Source: Trypanosoma brucei
Taxonomy: Eukaryota
Assembly (NCBI GenBank): GCA_000002445.1
Contig: CM000208.1
Span: 3,840,001-3,904,000, forward strand
Reading direction: 5' to 3'
DNA: 64,000 bases
In this document: positions 21,020 through 32,107 of the stretch, piece by piece
Layout: each line of letters starts with the position of its first letter
Position numbering within the stretch: the first letter of the stretch is position 1
Program-made: the position numbers and the translations under genes
The notes under the pieces: generated by a model
Seen by the model: the letters and a program-made list of their open reading frames with translations, nothing else
Databases searched by the model: none
What the model was told of the DNA's origin: nothing

Positions 21020-21712
21020 ATGTCTACGTGGGAGCAGGCAGTGGAGGAGGCTGACAAAGCCTTCGCAAAGCGTGACTGCAAAGCCGTTTGTGAGATCATT
21101 GAAAAGGCCGAGAGCGATGGCACTTGTCACGTACAACTTATGTGGCGTAGGGCCCGAGCGTTGCACACGTTGGGCGACGAGTCCCTGGACAAATCTGAGA
21201 AGGAACGGTACGCGCGTGATGCGGCGGTTGCAGCTGAGAGGGCAGTGGAGGAAGACCCGACATCTGCGGAAGCCAATCTGTGGAAAGCCATTTGCATCGG
21301 CATACTGTGCGACTACCTTACGACTAAGGAGAGGATGTCCAACGTTTATGTCATTCGTGACCATCTGCTCAGGTCGTTGGAGCTAAAGAGCGATAACCCC
21401 GATGCACTTCATGGCATGGGGATGTGGAGTTTGAGTCTCCTTCAGATAAGCTGGTTTGAGCGCAGTGCGGCCAGTCTACTCTTCGGAAGCCTTCCAACAG
21501 TTTCGCATGAGGAGTGTCTCAAGTATTTTCTCGCTTCCCATGAACTGAGGCCCTCTATTCGTAATTGCCTTGCGCTGGGCAATCTGTTCCGGTACCAAGG
21601 AAACTGGACTGAGGCAAAGACCTGGTACCAGAAAGCGCTTGACATTCCAGCGGAAACACACGCGCATAAGCAAAAGCAGGACGAGGCAGTGCAACTCCTC
21701 AACTCGTGTTGA
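21020..21712 (+). CDS. RMD/FAM82-family TPR-like protein (regulator of microtubule dynamics homologue)
   Basis: ATG start; 230 aa. It aligns with human RMDN1 along its length: 'LMWRRARA' versus 'LWRLARA', 'NLWKAICI' versus 'HKWYAICL', 'LHGMGMWSLSLLQISWFERSAASLLFGSLP...YFLASHELRP' versus 'IHLMGIWCYTFAEMPWYQRRIAKMLFATPP...YFHRAEQVDP', and 'QDEAVQLLNSC' versus 'QTEAAQLLTSF'. Confidence 0.65.
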   Translation: MSTWEQAVEEADKAFAKRDCKAVCEIIEKAESDGTCHVQLMWRRARALHTLGDESLDKSEKERYARDAAVAAERAVEEDPTSAEANLWKAICIGILCDYLTTKERMSNVYVIRDHLLRSLELKSDNPDALHGMGMWSLSLLQISWFERSAASLLFGSLPTVSHEECLKYFLASHELRPSIRNCLALGNLFRYQGNWTEAKTWYQKALDIPAETHAHKQKQDEAVQLLNSC

Positions 21713-22485
21713 GCAAAGGTATACTTAAGTGTGCAAGATGTGGAGGCGCACATCTTCATTCCCTCTCACCATTCATATTTTTATCCAGTTTGTTTGTGTG
21801 ATTCCTCTCCCACTATTTTTGTTATTCATTTTTTCTTTACGTATAATGTCACGTTTCTCCTTACTTACACATGTGGCGAAGAAGGGGAGAGCAGTATTTA
21901 CTTCATCGCTTTATCCGATACACGCATCTCATCTGAAGTTGTGCTAGGAAGACAGCAGCGGTGTCAGTGTCTGCACCGTAGTTTGTTTACATTTTTCGGG
22001 GCGCGGCAGAAAATGCGATTTGATCCCCTCCCGCACGCGCACGCCCAACGAAACATCCCAATCACTATAACATGTTTTACTTTGGTTTTCCTCTCATTTC
22101 AAAGAACCGGAGTGGGGAGAAAGGACTCCTCATCATATTTACTTAACCTTGTATTTTTCTTTACTCTGTATCCCATGGACACCTTTCTTCGCCACACCTT
22201 TCACCCTCCCTCTCTAGCAGACGTCTGGGCTCTACACCTCCCAATCGCACCGGGAGGTGCTTTTGCTCGTTCTCTTTAAATTCGATGCACATGTTTGTGT
22301 TTCTAATTCATTTGCTGCTGCACTGGGGAAGACTCGTCCCCTGTTTTGCTTCGATTGTCTCTTCCTCTTCACCGTCATTTGCATCGCGAGCTTGTTTCAC
22401 CTCTTCCACTGCAATTAACGTTACATTGGCGGCATATGATGTGACCGCCCAAATAGTTTGAACGCGCGCATCATAGGGAACCGCC

Positions 22486-24180
22486 ATGTGTACGTGCACC
22501 TGCTGTAACAAAGCAATACAATACTGCTGTTGTCGCACCTGTTCCCGCTGCTCAAAACCCCTCAACCGGCTACCACGAGGCCGTCATTGTAAAAGGTGTT
22601 GGCGTAGCGTGTGCTCAGCTTGCACGACTCGGTGCCGGTACGTCAATATGCTGGGGCCGCCTGAGGTAGTGTGTGATGGCTGCGCTGTCCCGCACAGCAT
22701 TGCATTCCTCAACGAGAGAAAGAGAGGCACCCCGTTGTGGGGGCTCTATGTCCTCTGGGGCGCAACGGATGCACCGGCGGTATGCGTTACGCCGTCATGT
22801 GGCACCTACGCTTATACGACCTTGTGCCGTGCCTGCGGCCTACCCACCGTTTCCTCCAGGGCCCATGTAACCCGTAGCGTCCACGACACTCGGAAACCTT
22901 CTCCCCAAGTGACGGACGAATTAAGGTTCCTCGATGTGAGAGAATACCATGATCGTGAGGCTGTCGTCAATGGGTACAGTAGCGCTGATGTAGAAGAGAC
23001 CTTTCGCTCATGCTTTCCCCGTGGGGAAGACGTTGCCGCTTTCCCCCATATTGGTAGCGCTTGTGAGGTACGGAACTTGTTGATGTCGCTGGTGGCTGCC
23101 GGCTTGGCTTACGAATACAACCGCGCGCCGAGTTTGACTCTCTCTCTCTCCGATTTTCCGTTTGCCTGTTTGCTGAAGTTGGTCCGCTATAACCGTCGCT
23201 ACACCGTTCTAGAAGCACCCGGGAAAGTTAAGTTCATCTCATTCCCGGGGACACATAATCCCGAAACAGTGGCCGTGAGTTTGCGTCTTTCTCACGTTAA
23301 GAGGCAACGGTGGTTTTTCCACAAGGAAGGCGAGGCAGGAGCCAGCGCCTGCGCATCCTCCACTGACGTAATTGGTGACTGTAATTCCCGACCAGGTCTC
23401 CACCAACAAGTTGGCGGGTTACCCCTCCACTACCGCGTCCACGCCGGCTTCATTCGCGAGGCAGAAAACCTGGTCCCACAGATGGAAGAATTTGTTGGGG
23501 AGGCCATTCACCACGGATACAGACTTGTGTTTTCGGGGCACTCCCTAGGCGGCGCAGTCGCCACCCTGGTGGCATTACAATTGCTGCAAACCCATCCCGA
23601 TCTCGCAAGGGACAGAGTCAGGTGCTTCACGTTTGGAGCCCCACTAGTTGGCGACCGTCAATTGACTGAGTTGGTGCAAAGGTTTGGTCTGACGCCTAAT
23701 TTTCACCACATTGTACATCAATTAGATATTGTTCCCCGACTATTATGCACGTATGAATGGTTGCGCGGCTGTGTAGACGAGCTGGCGGGAAGGGCCACCT
23801 TGCTTTTTAGCTCAGTGAAAAGTTGGGTGGGACGGTTCTCTAGCGGTGAGGTCGATGAAGGCGGACATAGCGAAGAGGCGGACACGATCGAGAGCCGAAT
23901 CAGGAATGGTGAAGGCGCAGTGAATGCGGAGAGCCCAGTTGAAGTAGAAGACGGTGATGAGCCGCATAGTTCAGCGAGTGGACCAAGGTATGCATGTTTT
24001 GGGAATTACCACTTCCTCAGCGACGACGGTACTAAGTTTTTCTCGACAGATAATCCCGAAGCGGCCTATCAAACGCTCAGAGGCAGTGGCAATGAAAAAG
24101 CGGCAGTGAGGAGTCACCGTGTCTTCGCGTACAACAGGGCCATATTCCTTCGTGTGTACACCAACGGACGATCCACCTAG
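22486..24180 (+). CDS. Class-3 (fungal-type) lipase with N-terminal FYVE-like zinc finger
   Basis: ATG start; 564 aa. The N-terminal Cys cluster 'CSRCSKPLNRLPRGRHCKRCWRSVCSAC...VVCDGC' fits the FYVE core (CxxC...R[RK]HHCRxCGxxxCxxC...RVCxxC). It lacks the WxxD motif and the second His. The serine nucleophile motif 'VFSGHSLGGAVATLVAL' (GHSLG) is typical of lipase_3. Confidence 0.8.
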   Translation: MCTCTCCNKAIQYCCCRTCSRCSKPLNRLPRGRHCKRCWRSVCSACTTRCRYVNMLGPPEVVCDGCAVPHSIAFLNERKRGTPLWGLYVLWGATDAPAVCVTPSCGTYAYTTLCRACGLPTVSSRAHVTRSVHDTRKPSPQVTDELRFLDVREYHDREAVVNGYSSADVEETFRSCFPRGEDVAAFPHIGSACEVRNLLMSLVAAGLAYEYNRAPSLTLSLSDFPFACLLKLVRYNRRYTVLEAPGKVKFISFPGTHNPETVAVSLRLSHVKRQRWFFHKEGEAGASACASSTDVIGDCNSRPGLHQQVGGLPLHYRVHAGFIREAENLVPQMEEFVGEAIHHGYRLVFSGHSLGGAVATLVALQLLQTHPDLARDRVRCFTFGAPLVGDRQLTELVQRFGLTPNFHHIVHQLDIVPRLLCTYEWLRGCVDELAGRATLLFSSVKSWVGRFSSGEVDEGGHSEEADTIESRIRNGEGAVNAESPVEVEDGDEPHSSASGPRYACFGNYHFLSDDGTKFFSTDNPEAAYQTLRGSGNEKAAVRSHRVFAYNRAIFLRVYTNGRST

Positions 24181-25889
24181 GCCAGACGGGAATGAGCCGC
24201 GTCAACGAGGAGCAAATACCTTTTCCCGCATCCTCACCCCCCCCCCTCCCTTTCACAATTCAGAGTGAAGAAGTTGTGGGGTGGAGCGGGTACAAGGCAT
24301 ATGTTTTCGTGAAAAGTGGAGTGTTTAATTATCTGTTAGGAAGAGTCTTGGAATTGTATGGATGTGTCAAGAACTGGTGGAAATACAATTGAACTCCAGG
24401 AGGTGGTTTTCAGTATTCCGAAACACCCAGGAGGTAGTTTGGGTGCTCCACAACACCTGCATCGAAGCTGCCGACAGTGTCATAGGAAGATTAATTGGGG
24501 CTTTAACTCAGCCAAATCGCATCACAACGCCGTGGCAAACAAGGATTACGACAAATGTGGTGTTCTTAACTTTCCCTGTTCTCATTACGGACGGAGCTCC
24601 CCGCGCGGGAGCCCACAATGGAACGTTCTCCCGGAAAAAAAAAGTTTACATGTGTCCTGCCATTTAAAAGCCCTCCAGCGCGCGCGCATTTACCTCTGCT
24701 CGCTCCTATCGCCGTGGTACTGCTGCTTTATTTTAACACGCAGGGCTTAACGTACCACGCAAACACATCTTCTTTTGGGCGCTGAACGCGACAGGAGGAG
24801 AGTCGTTGCGCACGTTAAGGGGGAGGGGAGAATGAGGGGTGACAAACCTAATAGGAACTATGTTAGGAAGCAACACACTCCCACACGCTCGCATGGGCCG
24901 CCACGTGTGTCCACATTTTGGGGAGTCCAAATTGGAAAATTCCTCTTTATTACTCCCAAATCTAAGGGATGTATTACATTCTGCTGGTGAAGAAAAAAGG
25001 AAAATAAAAGTTTGTCACGCACTCTCTTCCTCAAGAAGTCCGGGTGTTGATAAGAGGACAACCGGCACTTTGAAAACCTATGCAAAGGCGGACGCTGATT
25101 GGCGTTGGTTTCTTAGGAGATAATGGCACCTTTAGGTGAGTACGTGGAGACCGCTCAAATGGAGGGGAAAGCAATTGTAATAACTATAGTCGAATTGAAA
25201 TGTTTGCAAGCATTTGTTCCCTATAGGATTGTATCCCTCGGTTCAGGTTTGCAACGGCCGTACAGTTATCTGCTGTATTAGTTTAACGTCACAAGCTTCT
25301 CAGGTGACATTTAACCAGGGTCAGAAAGACAAACTGCAGTCGTGTCTTCACAGGGTTCGAAGTAGGCACATCATCTGTCGAATTAAGGTCCTGTTAACAT
25401 GCAAATCTGAGGTATCTCATTTTTTGTATAGGGCATCCGAGCACCACATTCATATGTGTACGTGAATGGCGCGGTCACTCGAACAGCTGACCATCCTTTC
25501 TTTGCTACCGTGGAAATTACCACGGATTGGCTTGTGTGTCTTCTCGCGAGGGGACTTGCAGTATTTCTGCTGGTCGCTTACAGCTACCACGCAAATAGCG
25601 AACTAAACGGTCGGATTGAGGGCGAAGAATTAAGCCCCGCGTCACGACTTTGTGTTTCCCGCCTCTCTCTACATGGGATCACGACACTGCGCGGGCCACC
25701 CTCATACAGCGAAAGCGACTACTGTCAGAGCCTCCTCACAGCACAATTCACCACCAGACGTCATTTTGTTGCGTGACTCATGAACCTTCGGCGTCCACCC
25801 CACTGCCCCTTTGACCTACTCGATTAATCGGGGAGGCGTCGGTCGCATTTGACAGCAACACACCTCAGCTCATACGGAAGGGGGGAGCA

Positions 25890-26474
25890 GTGACTACCAT
25901 ACGTGAAGATGGGGAAGGTGTTGGTAAATACCTTCCGATAAGTGGGACCGTGTTTGTCATTGGCCTTTCCGTTCCAGATGTGAGGGAAATCGCGAGGAAA
26001 CTTGAAGAACGCAACGATTTGCGTGTTATTGTTCTCTTCGGGGAATTTTCATTACTGTATGATCTGTTTACCACGGCCCTCAACAACACCGCAGGCGCCG
26101 CACGTCTTGTGTTTGCCACCAGCTTGCCACATTGGGGTGATACTGAAACCTCATCGAAGACTGCTCAACTGTTCCATGATGTTGAAAAAGACTCACGATT
26201 GTGGACACCCCTATCACTTCTGGCATTCGCAACCGGTCGATTGATGCGGGTAATACTTCTTCATGTAGAAGAAATGAGTCCAGACACGTTGGTAAATTTC
26301 TTCTATGCCGATTCTTCCATCATCTCTGATGACATGCGCTACGGCGTATTCGACGACACAAAATGCGACACCGCGGAGAAACTTCCGAAGAATGATTGTG
26401 CCTCAAACTATGGCGCAACGCAGGTATCCGTGTGGTCTATGGCCCGTGCCCTCAACGCCTCCATTCCTCCACTT
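25890..26474 (+). pseudogene. Truncated fragment of a receptor-type adenylate cyclase extracellular domain (no ATG; ends in a microsatellite)
   Basis: The track ORF 25890..26750 begins at GTG with no in-frame ATG near the 5' end. Its translation 'VFATSLPHWGDTETSS...TPLSLLAFATGRLMRV...MRYGVFDDTKC...NYGATQVSVWSMARALNASIPPL' parallels residues about 640–820 of the downstream cyclase ('VLFATNLPHWADEITAS...TPLSLLGFATAYFMRV...MRYGPFADDGC...NYGATQISVWSMARALNASIPPL'). Homology stops at 26474, where a (TA)n repeat follows. Confidence 0.7.
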
Positions 26475-26497
26475 GCAGATTGCTTTTCTTCCACTTG

Positions 26498-26521
26498 TAT
26501 ATATATATATATATGTATATA
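26498..26521. repeat. (TA)n microsatellite at the truncation point of the cyclase fragment
   Basis: 'tatatatatatatatatgtatatat'. Confidence 0.9.
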
Positions 26522-27125
26522 TCTTCATCCATTAAATTCTCTGCTACCGTTTAAGTTTGGGTTGAGGCGAAAATGCCTTGGAGGCGAGGTGTGGAAATCA
26601 TCCAGGCAAAGGGTTATACGGGGTTACCTTCCAGCGTGTCTGCCATCAGTGATCTGGGTAGTGAAGCGCGGGTTGCTGGTGTGTGTCCCCCGTTTCGTTA
26701 CTGAATACGTCATGTCAGTCTTTCGGGGTTACGCAGCGTGTAGGAGGTAGGGGAGGAAGGCAACCCATAATGCACATGCGAAGAAGGTGAAGTGGTGTGG
26801 GAACATGTGTGCCGGCAAATGTCGTCAAGGGGCAAAATATTACAGGCATCGCCCACGGTCGATGAGACGCAAACTGGACCTTCAGTGTATGGGGAAAGTG
26901 ATTACAAAGTGGCTCATGGGCATCGATAGCTTGCTCGGAAGCACGGGTCACGGATGGTGGCGTGTGTTCAGTTTGTCTCGAAACCGTGCGGTGCGGTGAG
27001 TGCGGACTTTACTGCACATGCCGTAAGTACTGATACTCTCCTCAGTTCGCGTTCCTCTCCCCTACCAAATCCCTTCCCCCTTTTGTCTCCACACGAACAT
27101 AGTTTACTCGGTTAAACAGAAGACC

Positions 27126-30100
27126 ATGTGCGTTGGCACCCGTGCTGCTGGTTTTGGCGGCAGTGCCGCAGACACATCCATCGTAGTCGGTCCAGCACGG
27201 AGGAGATCCTACTGCGGCCGCGCCCTTGTTGGAGCGGCGCCGTTGCCAGTCTTACTGCTTCTGTTGCTGTCGGTAATGTGTGTGAAAGCCGATATAGAGA
27301 TCGAGGTTTTCTCTCTATTGCACCATCAGAAGATAGAGAAAAGGTTCGTTGAAGCGGTTAACGCTGGCTTCAACGCTTCCATGACCTCGCGCCGGTGGAA
27401 GACGGCACCCAGTGTGCACATCAAAGTCATGCATCCATTTACGCCCAGCGCGTCACCTGTTAGTGGCTTCCAACAGGCTGTGGAACGCAACAGGGGCAAA
27501 CTCTTCGTTGTAGTTGGACCCCTGGGCGATTTCGGCACCGTCTCGTCGCTCATTACACTACTGGCAGAACAGGATGTGGTCGCCTTCGCGCCCCTAACTG
27601 GATCAAGTGGGGGTCGTGGGTGGAACCCTAATCTATACTTCACGCGTGCTTCTCCATCCGCAGAGCTACTGGCGCTCATCCGATACGCGTTGGGCCGGCT
27701 ACGTACAATTCGATTGGGTTTCATGTACCTTCACAATGTCTTCTTCGGGGTGGAGGAATATGACGTCGCCCAGCGCATATTGCGTCGCATGGGTTATGGA
27801 TTTTGCGGTGTTTTCACTTTAAGTAGCTCACTGACCGGGGTTGCGAGCACCAGACACTTCGATTCCGCTTGGAATACGTTTGTGGAAAGTCGTCCACAGG
27901 CTGTGATTGTGTTCGCTCCCCCCGTGGGGGATACGGCAAGGTTCATACGAAACCTGGTTGCTGACAGTCGCACGAGAAGTGCGTACGTGCTTGTTCCGTC
28001 GATGCTCCAGTTTGCCATTGAGAACATGTGGCGCGAGGCGCTGGCCTTTGCCGATAGCCCATTTGTGGATGGGCAAGTTGTGGTAACGGGAACCAACCCA
28101 CTTGCAAGGGACACACAGTATCACGCTATCCGACGGTTTCAGAGAGACGTGAGGTCGTATCTAAAATCGAACCCGGGTGTAACGGTCTTCAATGCCTCGA
28201 GCAATTTCGATCACGATGACATAGATGGGCAGTTGTTGGTTTATGGATGGATCACTGGTGAGGTGTTAGCTCAGGCGTTGAGCGTGCCCGAGCGTCTGAC
28301 TGACAGAAAAACATTTATGCAATCGTTGTATGACCAGCGGCGATACGTAATTGATGACCTTGTGATTGGAGACTATGGTGGTGAGTGCGCTGGTTGGGCA
28401 GCCGGTCAGGGAGCAATGTGCTGGTGCAACCAGGGGGGGAACACGGTGCACGTAAGGGTGATCAGTAGAGGCTACCGGCTGCTGGATGCACCCGATGGAA
28501 TTATGATGTTTGACTCTTCTCACTGCTACCCTAGCGAGGTCGAAATGCAGGCTCCGTTCAATGGTGTGTCTGTTCTGATACCGGATAGACCAACCGCATT
28601 GCATGCTGCTGTAGAAATGGAAGAGGGCGCCTCTCTACTCGAAGTGAGGGAGCACAACCAAGACAGCAGGCTGTTTTTCGACACCATCGTCTCGCCTTTC
28701 AGCGGAGCCGCCGAGGAGTTGCAGCGGGAGTGGTCCACGAAGATCACCACGGCTGTGCTGGGTGTTGTGGATGAAGCAATGCTAAAAACACCCGGTGTCG
28801 CGTTCATTGACCCGGTGCCGCTCGCGCCGCGACTGAACAAAATGGAAAGGAATGTTATTCATCTCTCGCCAACCCTGGAACAGCAATTTTATGTGTGCAC
28901 GTCGTATCTTTCGAGGAACGACAAAAAACGTCTGCATATCGTTATCCGCAGTATCGATGCGGCCGCAATCGAGGATGTTCTGAAGAAAACCCTTGCGACG
29001 TTCAGTGTGGAACCGCAGTCAGTGGTAGTGCTGGACGGCAACGCCACGGTAGAGGGCCACCTGCCTGACAGTGGGGATGTTTACGTCATCGGCCTCACGG
29101 CAGCTGATCCCGTAGTGATTGCGGCCCATCTCAATAGTCATGATAGTGCTCGTGTGTTCGTTCCATTTTTCGATGTAGTACTGCTTCATGAAGAATTTTT
29201 TAACGCGTTCGAAGGCGTCTCGAGTGCTGATCGCGTCCTCTTCGCCACTAACCTACCACATTGGGCGGACGAGATCACAGCGTCAGAGGTTGTACAGAAA
29301 TTCTACACAGCGGAAAGAAATGCATCACGGCGAACGCCGCTCTCGCTTCTAGGATTTGCCACAGCGTATTTCATGCGGGTTATTATTTCCCCGATGAAGG
29401 CTATGAACGCAACTGCGCTTGTTGACTCCATTTTTGCTCAATCTGTAGTCAACGTCGGTGAGATGCGCTACGGCCCCTTCGCCGATGACGGTTGTTTTCT
29501 GAAAGGAGTGCCGCGTTTGACAGGTTGTGCCGTTAACTATGGCGCAACGCAGATATCCGTGTGGTCTATGGCCCGTGCCCTCAACGCCTCCATTCCTCCA
29601 CTTACAAATCCCATGACACCGTCAATGAGGTACTTGGACCCGGACGCCGGTAAACTTTCACGGGGACAACTTGCTGGCGTAATCGCCAGTTCCATTCTCG
29701 TCGCACTGCTTCTTGTGGCTCTGACTACGGTGCTGCTGCATGTCTCGCGACACAACACCCGTGATAACAACAGCGCGCCAAAGGAGCCCACAGAGCCTGT
29801 GACAATTGTTTTCACAGATATTGAAAGCAGCACGGCACAGTGGGCTGCCCACCCCGATGTCATGGCTGATGCTGTCGCCGCACACCACAAGTTGATCCGC
29901 GCGCTGATCTCCCAGTACGAGTGTTACGAGGTGAAGACCGTTGGGGACTCGTTCATGATCGCGAGCCGAAGTGCGTTTATGGCGGTGCAACTTGTGCGGG
30001 ATCTGCAGAGGGCGTTCCTTCGCCACGACTGGGGCGCGTCCGTGTTTGACGAGTATTATCGCAGTCTTGAGCAGGACCGTGCGTCAGAAAGTGAGGGATA

Positions 30101-30836
30101 CGTGCCGCCAACCGCACGCCTGGACCCCGACGTGTACCGAAAGTTGTGGAATGGCCTCCGAGTGCGAGTTGGTGTGCACACCGGATTGTGTGACATTCGC
30201 CACGATGAGGTGACAAAGGGTTACGACTACTATGGTCATACGTCGAACATGGCTGCCCGCACAGAGAGCGCTGCGAATGGTGGACAGATATTGCTGACAC
30301 GTGCAACATACCTTTCGCTAAGCACAGCAGAGCGTGAGCAACTTGACGTCACTGCGCTGGGCGCCGTCCCACTGCGTGGCGTTCCCGATCCGGTCGAAAT
30401 GTACCAAGTTGATGCTGTGGTCGGTCGGTCCTTCGCTGCACTGCGCCTCGACGGGGAAGTCGATCTGGTCGCTGAAAGTGAATTAGCTGTTTGCCACGCC
30501 AGTGACACCAGTTCAGCTACTACTGCCCTGGATGAATCATCGCAGATCATCACCAGCTGCTTTGAGACGCTGCTTGGCGCATTCACTCCTTCCAAGCGGC
30601 GAGACCTGCTGTTGCCTATCTGCGAGCGTTGGCGTGTGACGTTGCCACAGAAAACCAAGTCCGTGTGGGATGATAACGACTGTCAGGAGGTTATGCGGCG
30701 TATAGCAACAAAAGTGGGCCGTGTGGTGGACTTCCATGTTGTGGATGACGGCGGTTGCTCGACGGAAACAGTAAGCAGTGCATCGGTGATTATTATATCT
30801 AATCATGTGGAGGATTTCACCGCGCATCAAACTTAG
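27126..30836 (+). CDS. Receptor-type adenylate cyclase (GRESAG4/ESAG4-like): signal peptide, large extracellular VFT-like region, single TM, class III cyclase catalytic domain
   Basis: ATG start; 1236 aa. The N-terminal signal 'AAPLPVLLLLLLSVMCVKA', a TM helix 'AGVIASSILVALLLVALTTVLL', and a catalytic domain 'VTIVFTDIESSTAQWA...YEVKTVGDSFMIAS...VRVGVHTGLCD...YYGHTSNMAARTESAANGGQILLT' carrying class III cyclase signatures. This architecture is characteristic of trypanosomatid receptor adenylate cyclases. Confidence 0.9.
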   Translation: MCVGTRAAGFGGSAADTSIVVGPARRRSYCGRALVGAAPLPVLLLLLLSVMCVKADIEIEVFSLLHHQKIEKRFVEAVNAGFNASMTSRRWKTAPSVHIKVMHPFTPSASPVSGFQQAVERNRGKLFVVVGPLGDFGTVSSLITLLAEQDVVAFAPLTGSSGGRGWNPNLYFTRASPSAELLALIRYALGRLRTIRLGFMYLHNVFFGVEEYDVAQRILRRMGYGFCGVFTLSSSLTGVASTRHFDSAWNTFVESRPQAVIVFAPPVGDTARFIRNLVADSRTRSAYVLVPSMLQFAIENMWREALAFADSPFVDGQVVVTGTNPLARDTQYHAIRRFQRDVRSYLKSNPGVTVFNASSNFDHDDIDGQLLVYGWITGEVLAQALSVPERLTDRKTFMQSLYDQRRYVIDDLVIGDYGGECAGWAAGQGAMCWCNQGGNTVHVRVISRGYRLLDAPDGIMMFDSSHCYPSEVEMQAPFNGVSVLIPDRPTALHAAVEMEEGASLLEVREHNQDSRLFFDTIVSPFSGAAEELQREWSTKITTAVLGVVDEAMLKTPGVAFIDPVPLAPRLNKMERNVIHLSPTLEQQFYVCTSYLSRNDKKRLHIVIRSIDAAAIEDVLKKTLATFSVEPQSVVVLDGNATVEGHLPDSGDVYVIGLTAADPVVIAAHLNSHDSARVFVPFFDVVLLHEEFFNAFEGVSSADRVLFATNLPHWADEITASEVVQKFYTAERNASRRTPLSLLGFATAYFMRVIISPMKAMNATALVDSIFAQSVVNVGEMRYGPFADDGCFLKGVPRLTGCAVNYGATQISVWSMARALNASIPPLTNPMTPSMRYLDPDAGKLSRGQLAGVIASSILVALLLVALTTVLLHVSRHNTRDNNSAPKEPTEPVTIVFTDIESSTAQWAAHPDVMADAVAAHHKLIRALISQYECYEVKTVGDSFMIASRSAFMAVQLVRDLQRAFLRHDWGASVFDEYYRSLEQDRASESEGYVPPTARLDPDVYRKLWNGLRVRVGVHTGLCDIRHDEVTKGYDYYGHTSNMAARTESAANGGQILLTRATYLSLSTAEREQLDVTALGAVPLRGVPDPVEMYQVDAVVGRSFAALRLDGEVDLVAESELAVCHASDTSSATTALDESSQIITSCFETLLGAFTPSKRRDLLLPICERWRVTLPQKTKSVWDDNDCQEVMRRIATKVGRVVDFHVVDDGGCSTETVSSASVIIISNHVEDFTAHQT

Positions 30837-30918
30837 CTGGTATGCTCTTCTGTGGGTACATGTGTGGCTTTCACTTCCCGTGTGGCAGTTCTTTTCTGAA
30901 CTCCGTTTTGCTGTCCTC

Positions 30919-30935
30919 TTTTTTTTTTTTTTTTT
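30919..30935. repeat. poly(T) homopolymer
   Basis: 17 consecutive T. Confidence 0.9.
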
Positions 30936-32072
30936 GAGCATCTTTTTCTTTTAAATAGCGTGCGAATGCAATAAGCCGCGTCTATATACCACCCCTCCAT
31001 TTTGTTTGTCCCCTTCACGGTGCTTTCCGCGGTTAAGCATATAGTGTTTCTATCAGTCACCCTCTTTGTCTCTTAAGTATTTGTTTTTGTTTTTACTTCG
31101 CTCATACATTGGACCATTCATGGTGAAGCATTCTCAATTTATGTCGCCTTCACCATATTATCGATTCTTTTATGCTGTTCTGACAAATGTGTTCAGTTAA
31201 GCCGCAATCGGGTGTCTTGTTTGGATTACTTTATGTTACGCTACCTACGTGCATTTCTTCCTCCTGTTGCATGCGAGGCCATATGACGTTTATTGTGTTC
31301 CTTATTTTATTTTTATTTGTTTGCTGTTCTGCTGCTAAGCTGGTGTTATACGGCGCCCACGGTCCTTAGTTTGTAACTGCACGCGATTGTGCAGTGGATT
31401 CCGTGCTTTTGATTCAACTGCGGGCTGTCCCCTTGCCACTCCGGTGCGGCCGTGCCATGGTTGTGTATTTGATGTGTGGTTAGCTTGATGTAAAGCCCCT
31501 TCTCTGAACCTGGATTTTTCAATGTCGTTGCGCTCCCACTATTTTTATTGCTTAGCGTTTTATGTGTGTCTTTATCAACAACCACCTTGCAGCAAGTGTA
31601 GAATTGTTTAAATTACTTTGAGGGGGCCGGTATCGCCGACGTTGTAAGTCGGTACCCTGACATTATGCTGAACTCGCGGAGCTTTCAGCATATGTAGGCA
31701 GCATGGCTTCGGTACGTTGGTGAAGTAGCGTGCCTGAGTTGACACATCATCTGCTGATGTTAAGAAGCTTCCCACACTTGTTGAATCCGCCATGCTCGCC
31801 ACCAATCACGCGGCATCCACGGACCACTTGTTTGTGTGGAACGGGGCTTTCGGTTGAATACGTATCACAACGCAACTCGGGGTTTCACCAATCGCAACGC
31901 GGCCACCAAGAGCGTTGTAAGAAACCAAAGCAACAAGAGAACGACTCCCACTCTTGATATCCGAGAGGCGGCGCTGAGCCTTCGCGGGTCCTCCACAAGA
32001 GCGAAGGCTAAACCGTCACCCCTTGCGATGGGCTTCTGACAAGCATAGCGCAGTGTTTGTGAGTTCAATCGT

Positions 32073-32074
<2 letters not shown>

Positions 32075-32106
<32 letters not shown>
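32075..32106. repeat. (GT)n microsatellite
   Basis: 'gtgtgt...' run of about 32 nt. Confidence 0.95.

Positions 32107-32107
<1 letters not shown>

Noticed and set aside
21731-22279. 182-aa + strand ORF between the RMD gene and the lipase gene
   Set aside because: It runs through a T/C-rich polypyrimidine region ('ttcattccctctcaccattcatatttttatccagtttgtttgtgtgattcctctcccactatttttgttattcattttttctttac'). The translation is dominated by F/L/S/P from that tract, so it is more likely the spacer and processing signal for the downstream gene.
25340-25370. tRNA-like T-loop string 'gggttcgaagt'
   Set aside because: The flanking bases cannot form a T-stem (acagg versus gtagg are not complementary). 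No acceptor stem or anticodon arm could be built, and no CCA-adjacent discriminator context is present.
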